Assembly (NCBI GenBank): GCA_032718475.1
Contig: JAUCBJ010001959.1
Span: 1 to 44,585, forward strand
Source of the DNA: Nemertoderma westbladi
Lineage: Eukaryota > Animalia > Xenacoelomorpha
Length of the DNA stretch: 44,585 bases
Reading direction: 5' to 3'
Shown: positions 1 through 13,095 of the stretch, piece after piece
Layout of the letters: every line of letters starts with the position of its first letter
Numbering within the stretch: the stretch's first letter is position 1
Notes under the pieces: model-generated
The model's database searches: none
What the model was told of the DNA's origin: nothing
What the model saw: the letters and a program-made list of their open reading frames with translations, nothing else
Program-made: the position numbers and the translations under genes

Positions 1-1285
1 AAGAAAACGGCTTTTTATGTCCGCTAAAACACCTACAGAGTACTTAGCGGGGAAAATGACTAGTTATATCCGCAAAAGCCTTTACATTATTTACTATAAT
101 ATGTAACAAAATAATTGTTTTCGGGTTTAACTTGGAAGCCTCCCCAAATAGTTGATATACAATTATAATTAAAATTATTTCCATGGTCATGGTCATTCAC
201 CCGTCTTTAGTTAGAAATTTGTTTGCATGAAAGACAGTTTAGTTTAGTTTTTACTGATTTATTATCTCTTATCTGACTGGGGTAATAATAAAGGATAGGA
301 TAAATGGAAGCAAAGTGTGACAGTAACAAATACAGTATTTCCCCGTCACCCTAGCATGTCTTAAGTATATGATATATCAAAGGGGGGAGTTTGGATTCAC
401 TGCATAAATGCAGTTCACCAAACTTCCCCCGAATGCACACTGTAACTTCCCCCTTCCCACAAATATCCACTGTTGAAGTAATTTGAAGCGATATAATAAG
501 TAAAAAATTGTGCGAGTTTTTAATTGTGTGGTCCAATTGTTATTTGATTTCTATTTATTATTTAAAGTGCATTTAATATCACACTGGTTTTTAGAATATT
601 ATACTATACAACCTTATGTTTTATTAATTTACCCAATCGAAGCCTCATAAGGGCCGGTTATTTGTACGCATATCCCCTAATGCGCTCAGTAAGGTTCAAA
701 CAACATATTAATATGAAAATAAGTATCTGCAAAGAAAATAACCCAATACTATATAATTTGACCTTATTAAAAAATTTGCACTTTTGCACACTTATTTGTA
801 CAAATGCACTTTAGCAGATCGTAATGGTGGCTCTTATTTAACAAACTTATGTTTATCCTCTACCGATCTACGATGGTGTATGATCAAGTGTCAGTCTCTA
901 AAAGTGTCAAAAATCCAATTTAATAAATCTGGATTTGCGATTTTGGACCATATTCATGGACATTTTTAAGTCACTTTATAGACATAAAAAGTTAAACAAA
1001 TCTTACGATTATAGTTAGAAATCATTCCAAACTACATTTTAATCCAAAAAATAACATTCTACGATGAATAGAACTGGAAATAACAGTGTTTGAAATATCG
1101 AAAAAATGTTCACTATTTAAGTGCATTTTGCACTAAGTGCACATGCGTCTTTTCCCAAGTTGTATCCTATTCCACACACTACAATCTATCCTCTATCCAA
1201 TGAAAAAAGTTTCAGATTAAACGGCCCTGTAGAACCGAAGTTATTGATGTTTAAAAATAGTCACTCGAAAATTTCAAATTCTCTT

Positions 1286-1364
1286 GGTCACATAGTCTAG
1301 TGGTTATCAATCACGTTAATGAAACCTAAGTTCGCGGGTTCGAAATCCAAAATTGACCTGACCA
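1286..1364 (+). pseudogene. tRNA-like sequence (pseudo-tRNA or tRNA-derived SINE head)
   Basis: A-box-like TAGTCTAGTGG, B-box-like GGTTCGAAATCC, GGTCA/TGACC acceptor-like pairing; anticodon and T arms do not pair well. Confidence 0.4.
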
Positions 1365-1972
1365 TTCTTAATTTTTTTGCAAAAAAAATTATTTTTATTT
1401 TTTCACTAAAATCGCTCTAATTTCGGTTCTGGTGGTCCAAATTCAATAAAATTGGTATATTCTTTGCCGTAATTTTTTTCTTAATCTTATGAGAAGGGGT
1501 TATTTTTGGCCCCAAAAAAATTAAAAAAAAGGGCCAAAATAACGCGATATTTTTCGACCCTTAAATTCGTAATTTTAATTATATATGTTAAGATAAAAGA
1601 TAGCGGAGTTAATTTGATACTTTTTACAGGTACTTTTGGCGCAATACGCTAAATTATAATGGAATAGCGATTTGTTAAAAAAAAAATTTGTCGTCCCTTT
1701 TTTAAATATTATATTTCACACGATCTCCTGCCGCTCCAGTTTTATAATACCTCCGGCGCTGTGATTAACGCTGTTAGATAGATAATTTAACGCACTATAA
1801 GTCTGTGTAAACAAATCTCCCGTAAGTTAAGTAGTTTTCGAGCTAGACGATTTCCCGCTAAGCAAGTTTGAAGCGCGAAATTATAATTTTGGCCCTCATT
1901 TTTTTAATATCATCCTTGGAGCAAAACCGATAGCATATTTGAATTCCCCGTATGGATATTGACTGTATAGAA

Positions 1973-2590
1973 TGTGGGGCGAGACACGTAGTCGGCGAGC
2001 CTTGGCATACGGTTCATATAGGGCAAATGGGGCATGTCCGTCTGTCTGTCTGTCCGTCCGTCTGGTAAATGTTTGAACGCGAATATCTCGGCATTGCTGG
2101 TTCGGAATTGAACCAAACTTAGTAGGTAAGTAGTAGAGAGAAAGTTTAGAAAGTTTGTAAAGTTTGGTGAAAAATCATGCAGTCTGACGTCAGCTACGGC
2201 AGATTATGTGGTTTTTAGAAAATGTTAAATTTCTCGAGAAGGCCTCATTTTCCTGAGCTGAAATTTTGGTGGCCGGTAGAGAATCATGAAGTCTATCTTT
2301 TACGAAATTGAAAAGTTAAGACATTTAATTGGGGATCCGCTAGAGACTCAGAAGTAATGACATAGGCCTACCGGTACGGTACTGCTATACAGTGCTGCAC
2401 TGGTAAGTACGAAATTGCAGAATAACAATTTGACACCACCTAGCGGATTAACATATGATTGTATGTAACGAATGAATACATTTATAGCATGGGATATGGG
2501 GTCCAAACTAGACATGCCCCATTTGCTCTATATGAACCGTATGCCAAGGCTTGCCGACTACGTGCTGCGCGAAGTCCCCACGAACGTGTA
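1973..2590 (+). mobile_element. Non-autonomous DINE-1/HINE (Helentron-associated)-like element
   Basis: ~54 bp subterminal inverted repeat (~1985-2038 vs 2511-2564), (GTCY)n microsatellite at ~2035-2062, termini TGTGGGGCGAG...ACGTGCTGCGCGAAGTCCCCAC..CGTGTA shared with the repeats at 10289 and 13661. Confidence 0.7.
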
Positions 2591-4657
2591 CCTTAACCAA
2601 CTAAAGTTAAAAGTAAAAAATTATTCGATAAAAACTACTTTACAAATTCGGGCCCTTTTTGGCCCCTATTGCCGACATATTTTTTGTACCCCCATTCGAT
2701 AGGAACGTAGCCCCAATGGTCTTCTACGAATTTCATAAAAGAATTAGTGGATTCCTACCCGCGTTGTCGAATTAAACATTTCGGAAATAAGTTTTCCAAA
2801 AAAGACGGACAAAAACGTACAAATTTACAGCCCCTTTTTCCACCCGAAATTTTAATAAATACGAAGAGGAATAGGGGAGGGGAAAGAAGAATAAAGATAC
2901 GAAGGTAGTACCACTCTTCCCCTTTCCAACCGCGTTACTTTCGTCCCCGTACGATTAATATTAGCCGAGTTATAGCGGATCCCGCAAAGTCATTTGTCCG
3001 TTTTTTCAACTTTGACGGACATTTTCGGAAAAAAGGCGTGGTAATCTTTTTTGAAAAAAAAAAAACGAATTCACTAATTAAGCCCTTCTATCGTATCCCG
3101 GCGTCGGCTAAGCAATAACCTAGGGTTTTTTCGAGCCACTGTAGAGCGCCTTTCAAAAAAATTTTAAAATTGTCGAAAAAATGACGGATTTTTGTCCACC
3201 GTGTCCGTCGAAGGGTTAGATTTAATAATGTTAGAGTTGCTAATATCTTAGAATTCCGAGCCGCTCACCTGGTGAGAAAATAAAAAAATTTGGTCTGTTC
3301 CTTCATCGAAAAGTCCCCCAGAATCCCAAGTTAACCTATATAGTTAGCGATGGCCTGCGGCTTTAGGAGCGGCCGCGGTATTCACCTCCCTCATAGCGGC
3401 CGCGGCGGTGTTGCGTCAAATGGAGAAATATTTATCCCACCAAGACCCTGTCCCTTGTAGGTCCCCTGGTATGGGGATGGTCTAAACCCCGTATAAGACG
3501 GCACAACTTATTTCCTCAAATCATTATATTTTAGCTTAGTCCATCCCTATGTACGTACAGTACTGCTTAATCGCATGGGGTGGAAGAGTTAAAATAAACA
3601 AATTATTACGTTGTAATACATTCTCCAAATGGGACTGTAATTCAATTGATCATTTCCACTTTACCAAACTCTAAACATCCTCCCCATCGAACACCTTTAC
3701 AAACTACAAGTACAGTCGGTATACAATGGTTATGATAAGACCGGATTATCAAAGTACTTTTTACGACCAAGAAATGTAAATTCACATAATACAAGATCTG
3801 CAGCAAGCAACAAATTTTATATAGCTCGGAGAAATCTAGTAGTGCGTCAAGGTGCATTAACCTACTCTGGATCAGTTCTCTGGAATACTCTACCAAGTAA
3901 TTTATCATCAGTTAGATCAAAGTACTGCTTCACCAAAAATCTGAGAGAAAAGTTATTTCAAAGTGACATTCCATTCTGCTAATCAAATTAATAGTTGGAC
4001 TAAGTCTTTCTTTCATTCTTTTTTGTATTAATAATCTTTTATGTATCGCTTAAAGCACTGCATGTATATTGTTTATGTGTACTAAATTTGGTAAATATAT
4101 TTGTCATGTTCCGCAGACCGTCAGGGTTGCAATTCGGGTGGGGGGAAGGGTGGTTTCGATCCAATGGGCTTCATTCATCAACAACCATATCATCACACAA
4201 TATCATTATCCACATCTTTATGGGTCACCATCAATTTACTAGCATTGCTACTGTGATGGTGTTCCCTCAATATCGCATTTTCATAAATTCAAGTGCAATT
4301 TAACAATTCGTTCGGCTTATTGCGAAATATACAGTTCAGTTCAGTTTTGTTTCACTCATGTTGCGTGATAATATCCATCCATTTTGGGCTCCTGCAGTAG
4401 GCCGGTACGGCTCGACGTCCTCACTCCGTAATTCTCAGGGCTATTTGCGGGAATGTGCTGGGCAGGTTTAAAACATCTAGTTTTAATTCCAAGTCGATTA
4501 CTGGGTGTCCTTATTCCACCATTTTTTATTTACAAATTCACCATAATAGATACACAATTAGGATTAATATTGGTTTTTCTACCGGTGCGATATTACAGTA
4601 TATTACATATGACAGTAGTACATACGGTACCGGTACAGTAAATCAGAACAAAATGTC

Positions 4658-4991
4658 AGAGAAAATTCAATTCAAAATCTGAACAAATTCAATATAAGAT
4701 CAGAAGAATATTCAATATAAAATCCGTTTTTTACGGTGGCTGATCTTTGCCAATTAATTTATTTTTTTTATTTTTTTTTCAGAAGTTCACCATGATGTCA
4801 TAATTTATGGTCGACCAAAAATTAATTTATGGTCGACCTTAAATTATGACGTTATGGAGAACTTCTGAAAAAAAAAATAAAAAAAAATAAATTAATTGGC
4901 AAAGATCAGCCACCGTAAAAAACTGATTTTATCTTGAATATTCTTCTGATCTTATATTGAATTTGTTCAGATTTTGAATTGAATTTTCTCT
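4658..4991. repeat. Long near-perfect palindrome (foldback/MITE-like), arms ~160 bp
   Basis: AGAGAAAATTCAATTCAAAATCTGAAC... at 4658 is the reverse complement of ...GTTCAGATTTTGAATTGAATTTTCTCT ending 4991; centre has two GGTCGACC units. Confidence 0.85.
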
Positions 4992-5232
4992 AAATTAAGT
5001 GGCAAAGATCAGCCACCGTAGTAACCTGCTCCTTTCCCTAAATTGAGAATTTAACATTGAGGCGGGTTATTAATTCGTCAAGGCGGGTTTTGCGTCTCGC
5101 ATTTCTCGCATTCAATTTCCCTGTCTCGCATTCAAATAAACGTGCATTTGGATGGTTTCCTAACCAATGAATGGCCTGTCCAAATCTCGCCCTACAAAAA
5201 ACCGAGATATTCAAACTTCCATAAAGTATTTA

Positions 5233-5370
5233 ATGGTTGACCATAAATTAATAATTTTTGGTCGACCATAAATGGATTTTTGGTCGACCATAAATGGATT
5301 TTTGGTCGACCATAAATGAATTTTTGGTCGACCATAAATTATGACATCTTGGAGAACTTCTGAAAAATTA
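5233..5370. repeat. 22 bp minisatellite (TGGTCGACCATAAATGGATTTT x5) plus partial foldback arm
   Basis: Direct tandem units with the same core as the palindrome centre, followed by TTATGACATCTTGGAGAACTTCTGAAAAA as in the 4843-4870 arm. Confidence 0.85.
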
Positions 5371-5408
5371 ATCATTCGGAAAAACAGTAAATTTAGCTCA
5401 CGCTAAAC

Positions 5409-5422
5409 TGGTGACCTGGACG
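5409..5422 (+). other. Retrotransposon primer-binding site, tRNA-Trp type
   Basis: TGGTGACCTGGACG matches 12/14 to TGGTGACCCCGACG (complement of tRNA-Trp 3' end), 46 bp before the gag ATG. Confidence 0.6.
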
Positions 5423-5454
5423 CCGAACTCATTTTACAAAGAAAAGCACACGCG

Positions 5455-6240
5455 ATGGATCAAAACGACATACAGCTACTAGCTCAGGCCAGCAAAAACC
5501 TAACAACACCTGTCACTGATCCATCTCCTGCACCAGTAATTTCGTCCGTTTCTGTCAAACTCCCTGGACCAACCCTCTGGACAGCCGAACCAGAAGTTTG
5601 GTTTGCTCAAGTGGAGGCGCAGTTTGAAACGAGAACACCCCTGATTACTGTCGACAAGACAAAGTTTAATTACATCGTTGCAGCTCTGGACAATGCCACT
5701 GCTAAAGAAGTTAGATCGATTATCCTCAGCCCTCCAATTGATAATAATCTCTAGGAAACAGCCCTTATCAAAACCTTTGGTAAATCTCAAGCAGCCAAAG
5801 ACAATGAATTACTGTCATTATCTGGTCTTAGGGATCGTACACCATCGGGACTGCTTCGACACATGCGTTCTCTCAATGGCAACCCTGAGACAATATTCCG
5901 TGCTCTTTTCCTGGCTCAAATGCCTATTGAAGAGCGCCGTATCCTGGCTGGCTCCAAAACGTCGGAGCTTGACCAACTGGCAATAGAGGCAGATAACATT
6001 ATTGAAGCTTCATGCAATAATTTCGGCAACCCAGGCATCAACTCTACACATTCAGCGCCGCCTTCTTCAAAGCAAAGAGCAAAAGCCCAGAATGAAGTTT
6101 GTTATTTCCACAATAGATTTGGAGAAATTGCCCGTAAATGCAACCGTGATGGTTGCATCCTCCGTCACCTTGTACCGAATGCAGCCACCCCAAACTGGCC
6201 CAAGTTTTCAACCTCGGGAAACTCCCAGGCAAGCCGCTAG
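5455..6240 (+). pseudogene. gag: Ty3/Gypsy (CsRn1-like) gag with one in-frame stop; no pol or LTR
   Basis: ORFs 5455-5754 and 5863-6240 are in the same frame, split by TAG at 5752; motifs VKLP..W...PEVWFAQVEAQF, RDRTPSGLLRHM, CYFHNRFGEIARKC, terminal GGGAAAC slippery site. Confidence 0.8.
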
Positions 6241-6415
6241 ACGTCTCCACAGTCGGCCTTGATAATAATTTAATTTAATAAGTTGAGGTTTGATAATACA
6301 TTAGCATATTAGCTAGTGGACATTAACATACTGAACATTAACATTATTTAAATTATTGAAAGCTGCGCTATAGAGAGGGCGTTATATTATTTAATTATTA
6401 CCTAACACTAGCACT

Positions 6416-7695
6416 GCGTGACCCCGCGCCCGGGAAGGTCAAGGTAGCCTTGCAATTTATATTCCCGGAAAACAAGATAAGAAAAAGTTGGTTGGGACAG
6501 CGTGTTCGGTAATTTATATTTCATATTTCAGGAAAAATTAAAAAAGAACTAAAAAGAGATGGAAAGGGTGTGTTGGTGCTAGAGAGATTCTAGCGCCCTA
6601 CGTGGGTTGTTTAGCGGATTCGCAGGCACATTACCACACTGTTACACACAGACACACGCTCACACAAAGCAAAGGGCTGAAGGGTCTTAACATCGACGAC
6701 GATTAGGCTTAACTGATCTGTATAGGCCTAATGCGGACGGACAGCACAACTGCAATAGGGTTACTTGGGGGAGACACTCACACTCAGTGCGTTGAATGCC
6801 GGAGTTCGGGCCAGTCAATGGCAGTAACAAGTTGGCAAATATGATACCGACCTGAAGTATTGCGGCGTTGCAGTGACTTTCTCCAGTCAGCCAGTAGCGG
6901 CAGTCTGCTACTCTCTGACTCTAGTACTCTGTAATCTAACTGAGGGATAACATCGAGGAAAACCCTTCTTCTGATGGTTGAACCAGTTCAGCAGTTAGTT
7001 TATTGTATAACAATCAAAGCAATAATAATAACAATATCAACAGAATAGTAGAATAACAGAAACGTGAGTGCAAATGAGAGCTGGTGTGTAAGTGTAAGCG
7101 TAAATGTACCGGTAGTGTAGTGTAATGTAGTGTAGTGTAGTGTAGTGCTGAAAAGTATGGCCTATTAGCAACCCAACGTGGGGTATGTAAAATAATACCG
7201 AGTCTGATAATTATGATTTGAATTGCACTATATATACATTCGGTAAAAAGCAGTATTGCCATACCTCGCTAGGTGGCGTTATATAAAGGAAATTAACAAG
7301 GCCAACAATGTAAACAAATTTGGTATACAGTATAAGGGATACGGGCATTTATAGGGTGTCCCCGCGCCTAGGTAGGTCCAAGTGGCTCTGCAATTTATAT
7401 TTCCGGAAAATATGATAAAATATAGTGGTGTGGCACAGCGTGTTTGGTAATTTAAATTTCCGGAAAATAAAAAAACTAAAAATATAAGAAAAAACTATGG
7501 AAAGTGTGACCCCGCGCCCGTGTAGGTCCAAGTAGCTCTGCAATTAATATTTCCGGAAAATTATATTCCCGGAAATAGGATAAAGTAAAGAGGGGTGGGA
7601 CAGCGTTTTCTGTGATGAATATTCCATATTTACCGAAAATAAAAAGAACCAAAAATGGATGGAAAGCGTGACCCCGCGCATGGGTAGGAACCACT
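6416..7695. repeat. Diverged ~150-160 bp repeat family, units starting ~6416, 7354, 7504, 7666 (last partial)
   Basis: Recurrent GTGACCCCGCGCCC..AGGTCCAAGTAGCTCTGCAATT.ATATT.CCGGAAAA...GGGACAGCGTGTT; ~780 bp unrelated sequence lies between units 1 and 2. Confidence 0.7.
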
Positions 7696-8789
7696 TGGTA
7701 CATAATTTATAGAAGGCAATACATCTTTATATCAGAAGGCAATTCGTATCTGTTTACAATCATAGACCGCTTCACTCGCTGGCCAGAGGCAATTCCTCTG
7801 CAGAACGCCACCACTGCACTGAGTCCAGTGCCTGTGCACTCATTAGGCACTGGATTGCTCGGTTTGGTGATTGTCTCATATCGCGGCTCCCAATTCACTT
7901 CATGTATTAATATTTCTATTACATATTATTTTAATGATCAAATGATAATAATACACTAAATTTAGCTCATGCTAAAATAGACAGGCTGACAGACAAACAG
8001 ACATACATACAGACCCAGATACAAATATCCTAGAGTTGGTCAGTTGTAAAAACTGACATCATAAATGAAATCAACGACCAGGAAAACCCTTACGGATGAA
8101 AATGTGAAGTATGTAGTTCTACTTATATAACAAATAACACAAACAAAAATAAACAATGAAGATTTTATTCTAATTTCACTTTCGATTACTAGTAATGGAT
8201 TCGACGAGCCAAAAAATCATATTTAGGCCCTGCGGATTCAATGACGGCAACAATGTTCCAAACAAATGGAGACACAGTAAGTAAAATCTGATTTAGGATT
8301 GAGCTGAGCTCAAATTATTTGTGTAAATCACGAAACACCGGAGGCAGTCTGCGTCCGCCTGTTACACCAGGCATTTGGTTGTTAGTGGGGGCGCTAACCT
8401 AACTCTCAAGAGTGATCACTCAACTATCCAACTATTTCTTTCAACTGGCAAAAATGCCATAAACGTCATGGTACATTCTTTCTAGCAAACAAGTTTACAT
8501 TTATGGTTAGAAATCCATCTACTTTACAATAGAAGGTCATTTACCTTGAACATCACCTGGGCGTTATTGATTTTTTTTAGAATAAGGCCATCCATCATAC
8601 GAAGTTCAGTTCAGTGGTACAATAATGGATAAATCAATGGATAGCATTCGCATTTAAATCATTACTTATGTATGCACCATATATACTGTATGAATATTCC
8701 ATATTAAGATGCACGTAGTCCATATTAGTGCTTCCAAGATGAAGATTTCTAATTTAATTTAATAATAATTTCGTACTTAGAAGTATGTG

Positions 8790-8982
8790 ATATACATATA
8801 AGTATATACATATAAGTATATACATATAAGTATATACATATAAGTATATACATATAAGTATATACATATAAGTATATACATATAAGTATATACATATAAG
8901 TATATACATATAAGTATATATATATAAGTATATACATATAAGTATATACATATAAGTATATACATATAAGTATATACATATA
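8790..8982. repeat. 14 bp minisatellite (TATATACATATAAG) x ~13-14
   Basis: Direct reading; accounts for the repetitive YIL/YVY ORFs. Confidence 0.95.
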
Positions 8983-10033
8983 ACCAGTACATCATGCATA
9001 CAAACTAGTAAGGGGAAATATATACATCAGGTAACTAACTGTATGCACGTTTTAATTGTAGTTATTTACTATATAGAAGTGCGTAGTGTGTACCCGTATA
9101 AATTATTTTATCTCTTATAATGATTTGATATTCTCCATTTCATGATATTGTCTTAGTAATTAATTATAATTTAAAATCACAAAATATCAAATTATAAATT
9201 CTTACAATTATATACAAATTATCAAATTAAAATATCAAATTAACATCACTTCTTTCCCTTGTAATATTCGTTAACAGCTAATGACTGAAGTGACCACATC
9301 ATAATAATGCACTGGGCGACACCAAGCAACTGTTGTCTTAGTTTTGAATCAATTATTATGTGCATGCTTTACAAGGATTCCAAATGTGTAAAACTTTATA
9401 GGATTTTCTTGAGAGATTGAAATATATCTGCCATCAAATGTGGCACGTATTTGCCTCAGCGCTCTGTCCGTTGCCAAATACTCTAGAAGATTAGACGAGC
9501 CTGGACTTTTCTCAACTCTCACTTATTATTATATTTATTGATATATGGATTAGATATAGTGTTTTGTAACCCCAATAACCAATTAGTATTATAACATTTA
9601 ACTGTTGTTTTGGTTAGAATATCTTGCACTGTAAACTACTACTGACCAATAATGTCCCACATTGGTTTACTGGGCATCCTTGAATTAACATCTAATAGGT
9701 TCCGTGGGTTTTATTTAAATTTTATTTAAATTAAATTTTTATTTAAATACGATTTTGATGCGGCAGAATGTATAAAGTTGATTAACTGCGCGCGCTCATA
9801 TCTCCTTGCATCTTTAAATGTCCGCTAATTAAATGAGACGCAATTTTATCGATGACTGGATTGGAAATAAGTTATCAGTCTTTATGCTTGATTTTATTGA
9901 CCTTTATATAAATGTTATTTTATTTCACTTTATTTTTTTTATTTACTTTTTATCCTATTATAATTCAACTGAATTGAACACAATAATAATGCAATCAAAG
10001 TTTATTTAGCCTAGTTTACGATGGGATATAAAG

Positions 10034-10233
10034 ATGTTTAATCTGATACTATATACAGCTGTACTGCTAAGCAGAGCATATGGACTTGAGGATGAGGAAC
10101 ACAATTGTCAAAGAGCAGTAACATTTGGACGGGGCACACATGGTTCATTCCCTAACCATATGTTGGTTAACCACGCAATTCGGAATGTTTACAAAGATGT
10201 TTCTAGAATCCGTTGTGCGGTAATGTGTACGAG
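10034..10233 (+). CDS. Host extracellular protein, exon 1: signal peptide + first half of PAN/apple domain
   Basis: MFNLILYTAVLLSRAYG hydrophobic leader, NHMLVNH..SRIRCAVMC; donor AG|GTAACT, phase 2. Confidence 0.8.
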
Positions 10234-10288
10234 GTAACTTATAATAATGATAATGAACAATAATTTTATAATTTTATAACTGTGCTGT

Positions 10289-11563
10289 TTGTGGGGCGAG
10301 CCACGACGTTGGCGGAGCCTTAGCGAATTGACACTGTTAGGGGGTGGGTCAATTTATGCAAATAGTTGTCGTCGTCGTCGTCGTCGTCGTTGTCGTCGTC
10401 GTCGTTGTCGTCGTCGTCGTTGTCGTCGTCGTTACGATTTTGACATGCTAATAACTTTGTCGGATTTAAAGCTGCCAAGTTGAAAATTTGTAGGTATCAA
10501 TATGAGCAAAAGTTGAGATTTTTTAGAGACTTTCAGACACCATCAGTGCAATGGTCTCCCGCTAGAGGGCCACATGTCTAAACATTAAATGGCCACCCAT
10601 TTCTTTGCTTTTAATCCGTTTAAGCTGAAACTTGGGAAGTATGTACTAGACCATTAGCTGTAAATTTCAAAGGAGGCTAATCTGTCTGCAGTTCTCCAGT
10701 CTGCCGCTAGAGGGCGAAATGTCCCGAATGTGAAATTATTCTTCCATTTAGTTGTTTATGATCTGATTACGCTGAAACTTGTCATATATGTACTAGATGA
10801 CATCCTGAGTCTTTGTGTGGATTGTAATCGGTCCGAAGTTTTCCAGTCTCCCGCTAGAGGGCCACATGTCTAAACATTAAATGGCCACCCATTTCTTTGC
10901 TTTTAATCCGTTTAAGCTGAAACTTGGGAAGTATGTACTAGACCATTAGCTGTAAATTTCAAAGGAGGCTAATCTGTCTGCAGTTCTCCAGTCTGCCGCT
11001 AGAGGGCGAAATGTCCCGAATGTGAAATTATTCTTCCATTTAGTTGTTTATGATCTGATTACGCTGAAACTTGTCATATATGTACTAGAAGACATCCTAA
11101 GTCTTTGTGTGGACAGTAATCGGTCCGGAGTTTTCGAGTCTGCCGCTAGAGGGCGAAATGTAGGAAAGTGATAACCTTTGCGAATTCCTTGATCTTAATC
11201 TATTTAAGCTGAATTTTGGAATATACAGTACCGGTATGTACTAGACCACATGCCTCGTCTTTGTGAGGAAGGTGATCGATCCGTAGTTCTTTAATATGCC
11301 GCTAGAGGGCTAAATGTATGAAAGTGAAAACCTTCCAACATTTCGTTATTTATGATCCGTCAATCGGAAACTTGGTAGATATGTAATAGACCATAGGATG
11401 TGGCTTTGTAGGGAAACTAATCCTTCCTTCTTCAGTTACCCAGTCTCCCGCTAGAGGGTTAACGTTTTCCGGGAAAATCTTCTCCTATGTTTTTATAATC
11501 CTTTCGAGTTGATACTTAGCATTAACTCATTTCACGTGCTGCGCGAAGGCCCCACTTCGTGTA
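10289..11563 (+). mobile_element. 1275 bp HINE/DINE-1-like repeat, copy A: (GTC)n tract + 7 units of ~146-156 bp
   Basis: Same termini as the 1973-2590 element; (GTC/GTT)n at ~10365-10433; GCTAGAGGG anchors at 10561, 10706, 10853, 10998, 11145, 11301, 11450. Confidence 0.8.
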
Positions 11564-11787
11564 TTATATATTATGTAGATGGTTTACCAGTAACTCATTT
11601 ATATTATTGATCTTACATTTTTGCTTCTGTGCTTCTAAACACTTTATAGGCCTATCCTTATATAAATCATTAATATACTATACGCGCCCATCCATTAATA
11701 CTTGGGACCAAACTCGCTAAGCTAGATGAACATAATAAATTCATCCGCTTCGAATGTTTCCGGCGATTTTTAACCCCGTTCCGCAAC

Positions 11788-13095
11788 GTGGATAGCCAAT
11801 TTAAAGACCGCGCTTTGACCAAGCTCAGCCTAAGAAACTCAGCTGCAGAGAAGTTGGATAGCGCTGGATTCGTCATTTTCCAAGAGATTTGTATATCGAA
11901 CTTGCACTCCTCTGTTATACAAAGACCTCGAATCCCCACAGGTTATTCTGTCGTGGAAATTCAGACAATAGGTCCACCTGAAGAGACAGACACGCCCACC
12001 TCAGCTATGCACTTAGAAGACGAACCAATATGTCTAGAATCTGAGGAGATTCAGCCTATCGCGCCCCGGAACAGCGACAACGATTACATCATAGAATGGT
12101 ATCAAGGTCCACAGTGTCTCACTGCGTACGATTATCGACATGCCAACTATGTTTCTAGGCAACGTTGTCGGTTATGCGCATCGAGAGACCATGATACGCC
12201 CATGGACACAAACGTCCGCTGTTCCTATTTCCAAGAACAACCGACTATGGAAATTTATTGCGCATATTGCAGACTCAATAACTTGCACATTTTTGCGGTT
12301 TGCCCTCAATTTATGACTCAATGTCACCATTGTCAACTAAAGGGACACGCCAGTTTCGATTGCCCTTTTAATCGCGATTTGGAAAGCGTAGATGAAATGA
12401 TCACACTACGTTACATCAGAGCTTGGGAAGCGAACGCTGATTTACATTGTGATTCGCGCCATCATTATTATCCTGGACGCGCTTACGAAGGAGTTTATGC
12501 GTTCCATCCTTATCTATTCGCTTCTGTCGAACAGAAATCACGCATATCGAGTTACGAGCTACTGAAGCGCGTCGGAGAATGTATTTCAACCAAATTTGTA
12601 CGCAAATTTCTCAGGAGTGTTAATCCTAGCGACCTTCATTCCTATAACTTAATCAATTATATCCGTCAGGATCCGGACTATGGAGACTTATTTGTTAACT
12701 CACACCCCGAGTTACAGGAAGTATATCGACGGCCTTACGAATACCGAGCCCGCGAACGCGAGTTGGAAAGAACCATTAAACCCCGGAGGTTTCTAACTGC
12801 CTATGGTCCACCCACGGCTCTCGTTCAGACCACTCGTAAAGGACCCGTAAGAGCGGCTGTCTTAAAACGAGCTCTCAAAGCCGTTAGACCCCTCTCCCCC
12901 GACGTTGATGTCAATCAACCCGGTACTTCGACTGGCGGATACACCGACCATAATCCTACACCCTCTGATGCAATCATATTGCACCCTTCACCCAGGAGTT
13001 ATAGCCCTCCTTGTAAAGTGGCTCGCCCCAAAGAGAAAAAGACTCTGGCTAGCTTTAAAAAACTGCGTAAACGCCGTCCGCGCAAGAAAGACTAA
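11788..13095 (+). CDS. Cargo ORF: triple CCHC-type zinc knuckle + WExxADxH domain, basic NLS-like C-terminus
   Basis: Uninterrupted frame (open from 11674; first ATG 12007); CRLC..H, CAYC...H...C, CHHCQLKGHASFDC, RAWEANADLH; ends KKLRKRRPRKKD. Confidence 0.75.
   Translation: MDSQFKDRALTKLSLRNSAAEKLDSAGFVIFQEICISNLHSSVIQRPRIPTGYSVVEIQTIGPPEETDTPTSAMHLEDEPICLESEEIQPIAPRNSDNDYIIEWYQGPQCLTAYDYRHANYVSRQRCRLCASRDHDTPMDTNVRCSYFQEQPTMEIYCAYCRLNNLHIFAVCPQFMTQCHHCQLKGHASFDCPFNRDLESVDEMITLRYIRAWEANADLHCDSRHHYYPGRAYEGVYAFHPYLFASVEQKSRISSYELLKRVGECISTKFVRKFLRSVNPSDLHSYNLINYIRQDPDYGDLFVNSHPELQEVYRRPYEYRARERELERTIKPRRFLTAYGPPTALVQTTRKGPVRAAVLKRALKAVRPLSPDVDVNQPGTSTGGYTDHNPTPSDAIILHPSPRSYSPPCKVARPKEKKTLASFKKLRKRRPRKKD

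Noticed and set aside
560-3340. Possible larger non-autonomous DNA transposon(s) around the small HINE
   Set aside because: Texture is repeat-like but no TIR/TSD pair could be identified
5233-5345. CRISPR-like palindromic repeats
   Set aside because: No unique spacers, no cas genes, eukaryotic context
8749-8999. Three repetitive Tyr/Ile ORFs
   Set aside because: Artefact of the 14 bp minisatellite
10289-10483. Protamine-like poly-Arg/Cys ORFs (also 13661-13855)
   Set aside because: Translation of the (GTC)n microsatellite in the repeat
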